Source of the DNA: a virus
Direction: 5' to 3' (one strand)
Length of the DNA: 64,000 bases
IMG/VR virus record: IMGVR_UViG_3300028794_000198
Coordinates: 1-64,000 of that record
A program made the translations under genes and the position numbers. Shown here in pieces: positions 7,681 through 18,058 of this stretch. Each line of letters opens with the position of its first letter. The first letter of the stretch is position 1. Under the pieces are notes generated by a model. The model ran no database searches. It was given only the letters and a program-made list of their open reading frames with translations, and was not told the DNA's origin.

Positions 7681-8546
7681 GCGGCATCGGGCACGTCGAG
7701 GTGGATGACGACCTGGCTGACGGCCGCCTCGATGGCCGCCTTGACCTCGGCGACCAGGGCGGGCACGTCGATCGCGGCATCGACCTTGCCGATCGCCGTG
7801 GCGAGCGCGGTGAGGGCTGCGGTCTGCGCGGCCTCGGTGGCCACGATCTTCAGGGCGTCGTAGTGGATGTGCGCCAGGTAGTACCCGGCACCGTGGACGA
7901 CCGGGTTGCCCTTCGCGTCCTTCTCCGTCAGCGAGCTGATGGAGAGCAGGTTGTCGTGCAGCGTCTTCAGCTGTGCGGCCTGGTCGGGGGTCATGTCGGT
8001 CTCCTGGGGTGTCGTCTTGCCGGTTGCGCGGGCGACGATGCCCGGGAACACGACGTTCTTGAACTGGGTCACGCGCGCGTCGCCGGGGCAGCTGTGCCCG
8101 TTCGGGTTCCATGAGCCGAACAGACGGTGGTAGCCGTAGCCGGGATCGTCGGCGCTACGGCAGATCCGCAGCGGGATGCCGTGCTGCTCATGCAGCCACG
8201 CGCCGAGCTTGATGAGCGACTCGACCTGCGCAGCCGTCCACGCGTCGGAGGCCTGCAGGTTCGATGCCGACTCCAGCGACACCGCGCCCGTTCCGTCCGC
8301 GCGCCGGTTCGCTGCGGCGTTGGCGTCCGCACGGGTCTCGGTGCCGATGAACTGCCCGAGCGACCCGTCGTACCCGAGGCCGAAGTGGGACTCCAGGTTG
8401 GTCGAGTCGCGCCAGTACTCGTAGGTACGTTGCGGCGTCCACGGGGCGACGATGCTGTGGAGGATGAACTGTGTCGGCCGGATCGCGGGCTGCGCATCCG
8501 ACTCCGGCTGCAGTTCCATCCTCGCGGCACCTGGATACCAGGCCAT
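7677..8546 (-). CDS. endolysin, N-acetylmuramoyl-L-alanine amidase
   Basis: ILHS, ESHF, SLES, GYHR and HSCPG amidase_2 motifs. Confidence 0.88.
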   Translation of the reverse strand: MAWYPGAARMELQPESDAQPAIRPTQFILHSIVAPWTPQRTYEYWRDSTNLESHFGLGYDGSLGQFIGTETRADANAAANRRADGTGAVSLESASNLQASDAWTAAQVESLIKLGAWLHEQHGIPLRICRSADDPGYGYHRLFGSWNPNGHSCPGDARVTQFKNVVFPGIVARATGKTTPQETDMTPDQAAQLKTLHDNLLSISSLTEKDAKGNPVVHGAGYYLAHIHYDALKIVATEAAQTAALTALATAIGKVDAAIDVPALVAEVKAAIEAAVSQVVIHLDVPDAA

Positions 8547-8614
8547 GGGCCCCCCTTGTCTGGGCATGAAAAAAGGCCCGGCCATCGGCTCGGGCGGGCG
8601 GGTGTTGCGGCCGG

Positions 8615-9208
8615 TCAGGTGGTGATGAGGAATCCGACGTGCAGCCGCAGGTTGGTGGCGTTGCCGATGTCTTCGGAGGCGGTGCGCAGGGTGCAGAGGC
8701 CGTCGGTTCCGACGACCCATCCGCCGTGCACGATTCCGGTGTCGAAGCAGGAGGTGATCGTGTCGTGGGTGGGTCGCCAGCCGGACGGCAGAGTGCAGCA
8801 GACGGTGTCGGCGATGTTGCCGCCGGTGGCGACGATGTTGCTGCCGGTGCGGGTCAGGAAGACGTCGATGGTGACGCTGCGGCCTTGCCGGAACCCGAAG
8901 AAGTCCTGGAGGCTGAAGCCGCTCGCGGCGGTCAGGCCGCTGGTGGTGCTGGTCAGGGACGGCTGAGGGGTCACCCAGCCGCTGCCGTCGTACACCTCCA
9001 GACGGTCCACATCCTGCAGCCAGGTCGCCATGCCGTCGACGGGCGCCGACGTTCCCGTGAGTGTGGCGCCGCGCGCGGACGCGGACGCGAACCGCATCAC
9101 CGAGCGCTGAGCAACCCCGTTGGCGATGTTCTTGGCCAGGACTTCGGCGTTGGGCGCATCGGCCAGCGAGGCGATGCTGACGCCCTGCCCGTAGTCATCG
9201 GTGGACAT
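8615..9208 (-). CDS. minor tail protein
   Basis: MRFASASAR...GMATWLQD...LPSGWRP motifs typical of tail-tip proteins; position. Confidence 0.75.
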   Translation of the reverse strand: MSTDDYGQGVSIASLADAPNAEVLAKNIANGVAQRSVMRFASASARGATLTGTSAPVDGMATWLQDVDRLEVYDGSGWVTPQPSLTSTTSGLTAASGFSLQDFFGFRQGRSVTIDVFLTRTGSNIVATGGNIADTVCCTLPSGWRPTHDTITSCFDTGIVHGGWVVGTDGLCTLRTASEDIGNATNLRLHVGFLITT

Positions 9209-9222
9209 AGAGCCCTCTCAGG

Positions 9223-9981
9223 TCAGGCGAAGCGGTGCAGCCGCAGCCAGGAGTCGGTGTAGACGAAGGTTGCGGTGGCGTTGATTGCGCCCTGGGCCCA
9301 CGCCACAGCGAAGTTCCCGGCCGTGGCGGCGACCCGGACCGTGCCGCGGATCTGGACCCCGAACGTGGTCGTGGTGATGCCGCCGTAGGTGCGGGTGCTG
9401 GCGATGTCGGTCGTTTCGGTGCGGAGGGTGTAGCCCCAGGTGGAGATGACGTCCTGCTGGGTTCCGCCTCCCGCCGTGGCGGAGGTGACGGTGATGCCGT
9501 TGCCGAGACCCTGCCAGTCCCCGAGCGTTCCCGCCGGGGAACTCCAGCCGATGAGGACGTCGCTGGCGCCCGAGTACTTGATGTACGCGTCGAGCGTGTA
9601 CTTGGCGTTCGCCGTTACAGGCAGCGTCATCTGCGGGTCCGCGGCGGCCGTGTTCGTGCTGGCGCGGGACAGGTCGGTGGTGCGGGGAGCGGATCGCGTG
9701 GCGCCGATCGGGTCGCTGCCGGTGGCGAGCCGGCCGCGGGTGATGAGATTGCCGGCGCTGTTCTGGTCGACGACGATGACGTCGCCCACGGTCGGCTGCA
9801 GGTAGGACTCCATGCAGCGGACAGTCATGCCGTCCGCGACGACGGTTCCCGTTCCGGTGGCGGTGACGGTGGCGAGCCGCCAGTCCGAGCCGCGCACGGT
9901 GGCCGACTGTTCGCCGGTGCGCCGGGCCTGCTGCTGCAGTGCCGATTTGAGGTCGCGGGTGGAGCTGTGGGAGGACTTCAC
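9223..9981 (-). CDS. minor tail protein
   Basis: N-terminal OB-like region (YLQPTVGDVIVV), beta-rich C-terminus; GTGA overlap. Confidence 0.75.
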   Translation of the reverse strand: MKSSHSSTRDLKSALQQQARRTGEQSATVRGSDWRLATVTATGTGTVVADGMTVRCMESYLQPTVGDVIVVDQNSAGNLITRGRLATGSDPIGATRSAPRTTDLSRASTNTAAADPQMTLPVTANAKYTLDAYIKYSGASDVLIGWSSPAGTLGDWQGLGNGITVTSATAGGGTQQDVISTWGYTLRTETTDIASTRTYGGITTTTFGVQIRGTVRVAATAGNFAVAWAQGAINATATFVYTDSWLRLHRFA

Positions 9982-11072
9982 GAGTCTTCCTTGGCGCTGA
10001 TCGTGGTGATGGGGAAGCCGCCTCCGGTGTCGAGGGGTACGGAGAAGGAGGCGGCCTGGTGGAGTTCGCGGCTGCCGTCCTCGTGCGTGACCCTCAGGAC
10101 GTCGCCCGGCTCCAATGCGGGGTTGGGCAGTGAGCTGATGTCCCCGGACGCGTTGGGCGCTTTGGCCTGCGCCAGTTTCAGCCGGGCAGCGTTCGTGCAG
10201 GCCGCCAGCGTGATGAGCGTGGATGAGCTGTAGAAGTCGGGCCGCCTGCCGAACGGTCCACTCCAGTACGTGGGCGATCCGGGGTCGTCGTCGGTGGCCA
10301 GATAGGAGACGGGTGCCACGTTGTCGGCGGTGTTCTCGCCCGACGCCAGGATGCCGTTGAAGACTTTGTCGGCCGACATGGCGCGGGTCGCGGAAATGTA
10401 GACGCCGCCCTCGACGGCCTCGATCGCCCACACCGGCGTGGCAGTCGACAGGTCGGGCAGGGTGGCGATGACGAAAACCCCGTCGGCGTTGGAGTACACC
10501 TCGGCGCCGGCCGCCGCGGCGATCTCCTGACAGCCGGCCCACGGGTCGGCCTGAATATCGAAGGCGCGCGAGCCGATGGTGACGTCGGTGATCTGGCTGA
10601 TGATGTTGGCGGTGGGCAGGCTGCGGAGGATGAGCGCGTTGATGGCGGACACGACGGTGCCGGTTGCCGTGTAGGGCGCCGTGAACTTGTCGTCGCCGAC
10701 CACCACCTCAAGGCCTTTTCCCTGAAGTGTCACCGGGCCTTGCGTGACGTCGCCGTCGATGTTGTCGAGCCGGAACACGCCGAGTGGCACGAGGTCGGGC
10801 GGGGTGCCGTCGCCGTAGTCGACGCCGCGGGCGATCTGTAGCCGGGCCCCGTAGGTGGCGATCTGGTCGGCGGCTGTGCGCGGGATGAGGGTGGGGTCGG
10901 CGACGGTGACGGTGCAGGTGCGGCGGATCGCCTGCGACCTGTCGACGGTCACCGATCCGCCGGTGTGCGGTATGTCGATGACCTGGCCGGTTGTCAGGAA
11001 CAGTTGCACCTGCGTGGCGGGGGCGTGGGTTTCGGCGAGCCGGGCGAGGAAGCGGTCCGAGACGGCGTACAT
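9978..11072 (-). CDS. minor tail protein (DUF5047/Tal-hub-like)
   Basis: GGSVTVDRS..IRRT, VPLGVFR, PNPALEPGDV. Confidence 0.8.
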   Translation of the reverse strand: MYAVSDRFLARLAETHAPATQVQLFLTTGQVIDIPHTGGSVTVDRSQAIRRTCTVTVADPTLIPRTAADQIATYGARLQIARGVDYGDGTPPDLVPLGVFRLDNIDGDVTQGPVTLQGKGLEVVVGDDKFTAPYTATGTVVSAINALILRSLPTANIISQITDVTIGSRAFDIQADPWAGCQEIAAAAGAEVYSNADGVFVIATLPDLSTATPVWAIEAVEGGVYISATRAMSADKVFNGILASGENTADNVAPVSYLATDDDPGSPTYWSGPFGRRPDFYSSSTLITLAACTNAARLKLAQAKAPNASGDISSLPNPALEPGDVLRVTHEDGSRELHQAASFSVPLDTGGGFPITTISAKEDS

Positions 11073-11076
11073 GCGC

Positions 11077-13311
11077 TCACCCCCTCCGCTGGTCGAGGAG
11101 GACGGCCTCCCAGGTGGCGTATGCGTCGAGGGCGTCCTGCCAGGTGTCGAACTCGGTGAGGATGTCCTGCCAGGTGCGCCCTGCGGCGCCGTTGACGGCT
11201 GTGGTGACGGGCATGTCGGTTTCGATGAGCGGCAGTGTCCAGGTGCGCCATTCGTCCTGGGCAAGGGTGCCGAAGCGGGCCTCGGGGACGGCTCCGACGG
11301 TGACGTACATGTCGTCGACGCCCATGCCGGGTACGGCCTGCCACAGCAGGACGTTGCCGGAGTCGAGCAGCTGGTGCAGGGCCCGTCGTTCTTCGTCGGA
11401 GCGTGTCGCGACCGCGAGGTCCCCTTCGAGTCCCTGGCGGCTCCCGTACAGGGTGACCTTGTTGCGGCGCCCGCGGATCACGAAAGAGGCTTGCTCGATG
11501 GGCCGTTGCCAGTCCGGTGCTTTCCCGACCAGCACTTTCGTGTTGCGCTGCGGGTTACCGGGGTCCTTCAGCCAGGCTTCGTTGACGTCGGCGAGGGCGA
11601 CGGTGGCGTAGTCGCTGGTGCGGGTGGCGGCGATGAGGGAGGCGGGCGGGTAGATCTCGATGTGGTAGCGGACCGGCACGTTCAGTGGCGCCTCGTGATC
11701 CTCAATGATCATGAGGTCGGAGGTGATGACCTGGTGGTCGATCAGCCCGGACGTGCCGCGAACCAGGGTGCGGGAGCCGTCAGGAAGCTCCCGGTACACG
11801 CTCAGTTCGTAGTCGAGGGGAAGTTCCCGCAGCGTCAGCTCGATGTAGCCGTCGTCGGAGAAGCTCTCGACCTCGGTGAGCGGCAGAACCTGCCACAGTG
11901 CGGCAATGTCGGTGTGCAGCACACTGCTGACCGCAGACGCGGTCACCACCAGTTCCATCGCCGCCTGCGTCGCATTCGCCGGGGCGACTGCGTCCGAGGT
12001 CAGCACGTACCAGGACGACCCCGGCAGGGTGTAGGACACGCCCGTGGACGTGCCGAGATCTGCGCCCACCGCGCTGTACCAGTGCACCCGGATCGTCGCC
12101 GACGACCAGGTGCCGACTGCGGGATGCGCAACGACGAGTGCGCGGAAGTTCTGGCCTGCCGCGACCCCGGTGAACGTGGCCGACCGGATGGTGGAGGCGG
12201 TCGCGGTCGCCGAGGTAGCGGCGAGGGAGTAGGAGCCCTCGAAGTAGCTCAGACCCCACGGGGTGGTGCGGGCCAGGGTCGCCACGCCAGTCGGGACCGT
12301 CCACCCGGCGATGCCCTGCTCGAAACTGGAGTCCGCATACGGGAGGAGGCTCCCGGCCTGCAACTTGGGCGTCACCGTCACGACGACGGTTTCCAGGCGC
12401 AGCACCTGCCCGGCGGACGCCGAGTCGAGTCCTGCCGCCACAGAGCAGGTAGCCGCATTCGACGGCGCGAATGCGGAGGCGCGCTGCCGGTACATGCCGG
12501 TCGCCGGCGTAGGCGGCGCCAGCGTGCTGCGCTGGGCGCCGACCTGGTTGCCGGTGACGTCGTAGAAGCGCAGCTCAAGCCATGCCGTCGACGCAACTGT
12601 CGGCGGCTGTAGGTAGGCGTAGGCCAGGTATTCGGTGCCCGGCGTCACTGCTGGTCGGTCCACCGCCAGCACCGACGCGTTACCGGCGGCGACCGCGGTC
12701 ATCGACAACGCGTGCCCGCCGGCGAGGTAGTTGTCGACGGCCCACGACATGACCGGCACCTGCCGGGACACAGTCGCGTTGACGACCGCAGCCCAGCCGG
12801 CGGCGTCGATCTCGGTCGACTCGGTGTTGAAGCCGAATAGGTTGCCGGTCGTGCGGATCGGCAGGCCGAGGTAGACGTTCTCCCAGTAGTGGGAGACGGT
12901 CGCGCCGACCTCGGTCGAGGACAGCAGCACCTGCGCCTGCGTTGCCCCGGACGGCGCGGCCCCGGCCACGGATACGCGGTGCCAGCCGCCTGAGGATCCG
13001 GTGGTGGTGACCGACCAGGTGACGGACAGTTCGGTGCCCGACGAGTTGAGCCAGCGGATGCCGATCCGCTCCCCCACCACTCCGGCCGTGTCGGAGAACG
13101 TGTAGTAGGTGGTGCCTGCGGCGATCGGGTAGGAGGAGACGGTGCGGGCCTGCATTTCGCCCGCGGCAATGGATTTGACGGCGAGGCAGCCGTCTCCGTT
13201 GCGGCCTCCGACGCCCTGCACGATCGTGCAGTTGAGTTTGGTCGTCCAGCCCGACATGTTCGGGTCGACGGCCTCGGTGGTCGGGCTGAGGAGGTTTCCG
13301 GGGATTGCCAA
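11077..13311 (-). CDS. distal-tail (Dit-like) minor tail protein with three repeated CBM-like domains
   Basis: Follows the tape measure gene; three ~150-aa beta repeats (GNLL...APSGATQA); C-terminal DHEAP...WLKDPG; TTG start after GAGGAGG. Confidence 0.75.
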   Translation of the reverse strand: MAIPGNLLSPTTEAVDPNMSGWTTKLNCTIVQGVGGRNGDGCLAVKSIAAGEMQARTVSSYPIAAGTTYYTFSDTAGVVGERIGIRWLNSSGTELSVTWSVTTTGSSGGWHRVSVAGAAPSGATQAQVLLSSTEVGATVSHYWENVYLGLPIRTTGNLFGFNTESTEIDAAGWAAVVNATVSRQVPVMSWAVDNYLAGGHALSMTAVAAGNASVLAVDRPAVTPGTEYLAYAYLQPPTVASTAWLELRFYDVTGNQVGAQRSTLAPPTPATGMYRQRASAFAPSNAATCSVAAGLDSASAGQVLRLETVVVTVTPKLQAGSLLPYADSSFEQGIAGWTVPTGVATLARTTPWGLSYFEGSYSLAATSATATASTIRSATFTGVAAGQNFRALVVAHPAVGTWSSATIRVHWYSAVGADLGTSTGVSYTLPGSSWYVLTSDAVAPANATQAAMELVVTASAVSSVLHTDIAALWQVLPLTEVESFSDDGYIELTLRELPLDYELSVYRELPDGSRTLVRGTSGLIDHQVITSDLMIIEDHEAPLNVPVRYHIEIYPPASLIAATRTSDYATVALADVNEAWLKDPGNPQRNTKVLVGKAPDWQRPIEQASFVIRGRRNKVTLYGSRQGLEGDLAVATRSDEERRALHQLLDSGNVLLWQAVPGMGVDDMYVTVGAVPEARFGTLAQDEWRTWTLPLIETDMPVTTAVNGAAGRTWQDILTEFDTWQDALDAYATWEAVLLDQRRG

Positions 13312-13321
13312 GATGGCCTCC

Positions 13322-16300
13322 TCAGCCCGCGTTGAGTACCTGGATGAGTTCGCCCTGCGCGGTGTGGACTTCGGCGCGGGCGATGGAGGCGATGCCCTCG
13401 TTGCCGACCCATACGTTGAGCGACAGGTCGCCGAGCTGCTGCGTCGCCGACTGGTGGGCCAGCGACGACAGTGCACCGGCCTGCGCCGACGTGAATACGG
13501 GTTCGGGCTTTCCGGTGCCGTTGTAGGCGAGGTTCATGCCGGGTTGTAGGTAGCCGCCGCTGTCGTATTTGCCGGGCTGGAAGCCGTACCAGGAGGGGAA
13601 CAGGCTGTTGTTGTAGCCGCGGGCGCTGGGGCCCATGTGCACGCCTGCGCCGCCGCTGCTCTCCACATTCGTCTTGCCGAGGGTGCCCGCTGTGTGGCCG
13701 ACACCGGCCGCGGTGATGCCGACCCGGAACGGCGAGTTGCCGTGGTACACCCAGCCGGGCGGCGCCGTCTTCCCGGAGAAGGCGTGCGTCGACCAGCGGC
13801 GGTGGGGCTTCTCGCCTCGGATGACGGACTCGATGGCGCTCATGAAGCCACTGCAGTCCCAGGATGGGTTTCCGTTGCCGCCCCACTGGTAGGGCAGACC
13901 GTTCTGGGTTTTTGCCCAGTTCAGTGCGGCTGTGATGCGGGGGCCGCCGACTCCTCCGGCGCCCTTCGCGTCGGCCTTTTTCGAGTAGCCGAACATCGCG
14001 TCGATGATCTTGTTTGGGATGTTGCGGATCATCGACCCGAAGCCGGTATCCATGCCCGGGAAGTTCGCGAGCAGCGGGTTTACGACGTTCTTCACGCCTG
14101 CCCGCGCCGACGACTCCAAGGTGTCGCCGAGCCAGCTGGCGCCCTTCTTAATGGCATTCCACACGTCAGATCCGGCGCCGGACACGGCGCTGATGCCCTT
14201 GCCGATCCAGCCGAAGATCCCGCCGTCCGCGAACGACTGCACCGGGTAGATGCCGCCACTGGCGTACTTGAGGGAGGTGTCGGTGTGCGTCTTCGGGTTG
14301 CCGCCGAACACCGGGGCCAGGGCCGCCTTGACACCTTGCGCGCCCTGCGACTTGGCGATTGAGTTCATGGCGCCGACGAAGCCGCTGCCGACGGCCCGGG
14401 TGAACTCGGGCCGCATGATGGCCTCGCCGCCCGACAGTTCCAGCGCCCCGCCGGTCGGGGAGATGAACTGGTGGACGTCCTTGCCCGGGCTGTAGCCGGG
14501 CATGATGCCGCCGCTCGCGAATTTGAACGCGCCCAGCTTCGGTGCGCCGAACGCGGATGCAACCTTGTTCCAGACGCCGCGGATGCCGTTGTTGTAGACG
14601 GTGTCGACGATGAACTGGACGGGCGCCTTCGCGATCGCCTTCAGCTTGTCCCACTGCGACTTGATGGCGCCGACCGCGGTCTGGAACCAGCCGCCGAGCC
14701 CCTTCAGGATCAGGTGGAAACTATCGAAGACCGGCTTGATGCCGACCCGGTAGCCCGCCTTGATGACGGAGACGATGCCGTCGATGGCGGGCTTGATGCC
14801 GCTCCTCCACAGCCACTTCGCCCCGTTGGCGATGTTGGTGAAGGTGGGCGAGAGGGCGTTCTTCCACAGCCAGGTGCCTGCTTGAGCGAAGGCGTGGAAC
14901 ACGCCGACCATCAGGGCGATGTTCGGCTTGATCCCATTCGTCCACAGCCACTTCGCGAGCGCCGCGATGCTGCGGAAAGCGGGCTGGATGGCGACCTGCC
15001 ACAGGGCCAGTCCGGCCTTGCCGAACACCTTGAGCACGGCGATGATCGGGAGGATCGCCGCAACCACCATGATCGTGAACAGGATCTTGGCAGCCGCCCA
15101 GATGAAGCGGAACGCCGGACCGATCGCGTTCGTCCACAGCCACGACGCCCAACGGCCCACCGTCTGCAGGGCCGTCCAAATGGCCATGAACGTGGGCTTC
15201 AGGATGTTGTTCCAGGCGAACAGGGCGACGGTCTGGATGCCGCGCCAGGCCGCCTGGACGCCCTCGCGGAACCAGCTGAACCGGTTGTAGGCGTAGATCA
15301 CGAAGCCGACGAGGGCGACGATCGCCAGCGCGATCAGCACATACGGGTTCGCCTTTGCGGCGGCGTTGAGAGCCCACTGGGCGATCGCCCACAGCTTCGT
15401 CGCGACGATGATCCCGTAGATCAGCAGGATGAACCAGGGCGCCTTGTCCGCGATGATGCTGATCGCGTTGGCGGTCCCGCCGAGTAGTTTCAGCAGCGGC
15501 CCCGTCAGCGGTGACAGGGCCTCGCCGACATTCAGGAACGCGCCAGCTATCTTGCCGAGCGTGTCGGCGAGGAGTGGGCCCTTCTCCGCCGAGTACGACA
15601 GGAAGTGCTCGAACTCCGGCGAGCCCTTCAAACCGGTCGCCCATTTGGCGAACTTGCCGGTGATCCGCTGCATCGTCTTCGAGATGCCGTCCATGTGCGG
15701 CAGGAAGGCGTCGACGATGCCCGCCATCCCCTTGATGATGTTGCCGAACGTGACGCCCAGGCCAATGATCGCGGGCTTCACGGAGCCCTGCAGATCCTTC
15801 TTGAAGCCCTGCCAGAACGGCGTCTTCACGCTGGCCGACGCCCGGTCCTGCAACCCCTTGATCGCAGACGCGGCCTCTGTCACGAACAGCGTCAGCGACG
15901 GTAGCGTGTTCTTCAGCGACACCAGCGCCCGCGTGAAAATCGGCATCACCGCAGGCTGAAGCGACTTCGACCAGGCGCCGAACGCCGTCCGCAGATCGAG
16001 GTAGGCGTTCAGCGTGTCCCGCGCCGCCGGGGTCAGCTTGGCGAGCGCAGCCTGATATTTGGACTGCGCGACGGCAGCCTGATCGACGCCCCCGGCCGCC
16101 GACTGCGACGCGGAGGCAATCTGGCGCTGAGCCGAAGCGATCGAGTCGGCGGCGTTCTGCTGTGCGATACCGACGTTGCGCTCAGCCTGCGCAACCTTCT
16201 GCTGCGCGTCGGCGATCGACCGGGCATTCTGGACCGCCGTCTGCGCCTGGTTGTCCTGGGCGTCCTTCAACGCCTTCGTCTGTGCGGCCACATTCTGTTG

Positions 16301-18028
16301 CGCCGAGGTGAGCTTGTCCTGCGCCGACGTGTACGTCTGGGAGCCCTTGACCCCAGCCTTGTTCGCGGCAGCCGTGTCCGTGGCCTGCCGCGCCGTCGCG
16401 GTCTGCTGTTCCTTCTGGTGCTGGACGGCCTCGTCGTACTGCAGTTGCGCCTGCTCGCGCTGCAGGGCTGTCGCCTTCGACCCGGCCGCGTTGACCGCGT
16501 TGAGGTTCTGACGGGCCGCCTTCACCTGAAGGTCGGCGTCCCGCTGCGCCAGCTTGGAGTCGGCGAGCTGGCTGTTCATGTCCTGGAGCTGGCGGCTCGC
16601 CTCCTGCCGGGCAGACACCAGATCCTTCTGCGCCCGCGTGGCGTCCTTCTGTGCCTGAGCCAGCGACGTTTCGGCCTGCTCGACCTGCTGCTCGGCCTGC
16701 CGTGTGCGCTGACCCGCCTGGACGATCGCGTCCGAGACGCCCTGCTTGGCCTGCCGCACCTGCTGCTGCGCCGCCGCGATCTGCTGCGCCCCGTTGCGCT
16801 CGGCCGTCGCCAACGCCTGCTGCGCGCCGGCCATCTGCAGCGCCTTCGACGCGCCCTGCGACGACGCCTGCGCACCCTTGTAGGTGGCGTTGGTGGACGC
16901 GTCCTGGGCGGCCTTCTGGGCCTGAAGTACCGTGCCGATCTGCTTGAACGCAGGGATCGCCACCAGAGCGATGGCGCCAATGCCAGCACCGGCGGCCGTT
17001 GCGGCAGCAGCGACCGCGCCCAGCCCGGCCGCGATCACCGGCAGGATCGGCAGGATCGCCGGACCGAGGGCAATCGCCGCGAACACCAGGTTGTTCATTC
17101 CGCCGACCGCGCCAGTCGTATCGACGTCGACCCGGGCGTTCTGGCCGTCCAGGCGGTTGACCTGCGCCTGGAATGCGGCCAGTTGGGCAGCCGCAGCGGC
17201 GGTGTCGACGCGAACCCCGACGTTCGGAGTCTCGCTCGACAGGCGTGCGAGGCGGGTCTGGATTTCGGTGATGCGGGCCAGCGCCGTGGCCGCGTCGATG
17301 TCGATGCCCACGCGCGCGTCGGCCAGCGACGACAACTGCGCCCGCAGGCGGGCGATCTCGACCTCGGCGGGCGTGGTGTCGGCGCCAATGTTGACGTTCG
17401 GCAGCGATGCTTCCGCCTGTCGGACAGCCTCCCTCAGGCGGGTACCAAGCTGCCCGTCCGTCTCCACCCGGATCCGGGCAGGATCAGCCGACAACTCGTC
17501 GATCTGCGCCCGCAACGCCTGCAGTTGCGCAATCGCCGCCGCCGTGTCCGCGCGCACCGCAATGTTGGGATGGGCCGCGCCGAGCCGGCGCAGCCGCTCC
17601 TCGATGTCCGCGGCCTGTGCGCGTGCCGTGGCCGCATCAATGTCGATGCCGATGCGCTTACCAGAAAGGGATTCCAGCTTGGCCCGCAGCCGGGCCAGAT
17701 CCGCGTCGACGCCCGTGTCGCCCAGCTTGACGTCCAGCTTGGGCATGCTGCGGAATGCTTCAGTGAGCTTCGCCTTCAGCGAGCGCGCGAACGCCCCACC
17801 GGTATCCGACCCTTGCCGAGTGGCGGCAGGCTTGGCCGCCTTCGCCCCGTCGTTGATGCCGTCCCGCACTGCCGCCGTCAGGTGGGTGACGATCTGGCGG
17901 CCGATGATCTTACCGACCTCGTCGCCGATCTTCGACGCCGGTGGCACCAACGCGGCCCGTAGGCGGCCCTCGATGCCCTGCGCGTTCGGCAGAACATCGA
18001 CTTCGACGGATCCGACACTGATGGCCAC
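13322..18028 (-). CDS. tape measure protein with C-terminal NlpC/P60-like domain
   Basis: 1568 aa, Ala/Gln coiled coils, periodic Trp/Phe, GLPYQWGG...DCSGF...GHT. Confidence 0.95.
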   Translation of the reverse strand: MAISVGSVEVDVLPNAQGIEGRLRAALVPPASKIGDEVGKIIGRQIVTHLTAAVRDGINDGAKAAKPAATRQGSDTGGAFARSLKAKLTEAFRSMPKLDVKLGDTGVDADLARLRAKLESLSGKRIGIDIDAATARAQAADIEERLRRLGAAHPNIAVRADTAAAIAQLQALRAQIDELSADPARIRVETDGQLGTRLREAVRQAEASLPNVNIGADTTPAEVEIARLRAQLSSLADARVGIDIDAATALARITEIQTRLARLSSETPNVGVRVDTAAAAAQLAAFQAQVNRLDGQNARVDVDTTGAVGGMNNLVFAAIALGPAILPILPVIAAGLGAVAAAATAAGAGIGAIALVAIPAFKQIGTVLQAQKAAQDASTNATYKGAQASSQGASKALQMAGAQQALATAERNGAQQIAAAQQQVRQAKQGVSDAIVQAGQRTRQAEQQVEQAETSLAQAQKDATRAQKDLVSARQEASRQLQDMNSQLADSKLAQRDADLQVKAARQNLNAVNAAGSKATALQREQAQLQYDEAVQHQKEQQTATARQATDTAAANKAGVKGSQTYTSAQDKLTSAQQNVAAQTKALKDAQDNQAQTAVQNARSIADAQQKVAQAERNVGIAQQNAADSIASAQRQIASASQSAAGGVDQAAVAQSKYQAALAKLTPAARDTLNAYLDLRTAFGAWSKSLQPAVMPIFTRALVSLKNTLPSLTLFVTEAASAIKGLQDRASASVKTPFWQGFKKDLQGSVKPAIIGLGVTFGNIIKGMAGIVDAFLPHMDGISKTMQRITGKFAKWATGLKGSPEFEHFLSYSAEKGPLLADTLGKIAGAFLNVGEALSPLTGPLLKLLGGTANAISIIADKAPWFILLIYGIIVATKLWAIAQWALNAAAKANPYVLIALAIVALVGFVIYAYNRFSWFREGVQAAWRGIQTVALFAWNNILKPTFMAIWTALQTVGRWASWLWTNAIGPAFRFIWAAAKILFTIMVVAAILPIIAVLKVFGKAGLALWQVAIQPAFRSIAALAKWLWTNGIKPNIALMVGVFHAFAQAGTWLWKNALSPTFTNIANGAKWLWRSGIKPAIDGIVSVIKAGYRVGIKPVFDSFHLILKGLGGWFQTAVGAIKSQWDKLKAIAKAPVQFIVDTVYNNGIRGVWNKVASAFGAPKLGAFKFASGGIMPGYSPGKDVHQFISPTGGALELSGGEAIMRPEFTRAVGSGFVGAMNSIAKSQGAQGVKAALAPVFGGNPKTHTDTSLKYASGGIYPVQSFADGGIFGWIGKGISAVSGAGSDVWNAIKKGASWLGDTLESSARAGVKNVVNPLLANFPGMDTGFGSMIRNIPNKIIDAMFGYSKKADAKGAGGVGGPRITAALNWAKTQNGLPYQWGGNGNPSWDCSGFMSAIESVIRGEKPHRRWSTHAFSGKTAPPGWVYHGNSPFRVGITAAGVGHTAGTLGKTNVESSGGAGVHMGPSARGYNNSLFPSWYGFQPGKYDSGGYLQPGMNLAYNGTGKPEPVFTSAQAGALSSLAHQSATQQLGDLSLNVWVGNEGIASIARAEVHTAQGELIQVLNAG

Positions 18029-18058
18029 CGGGAGCCTCCCCCCGGCGCAGTACGGCGC

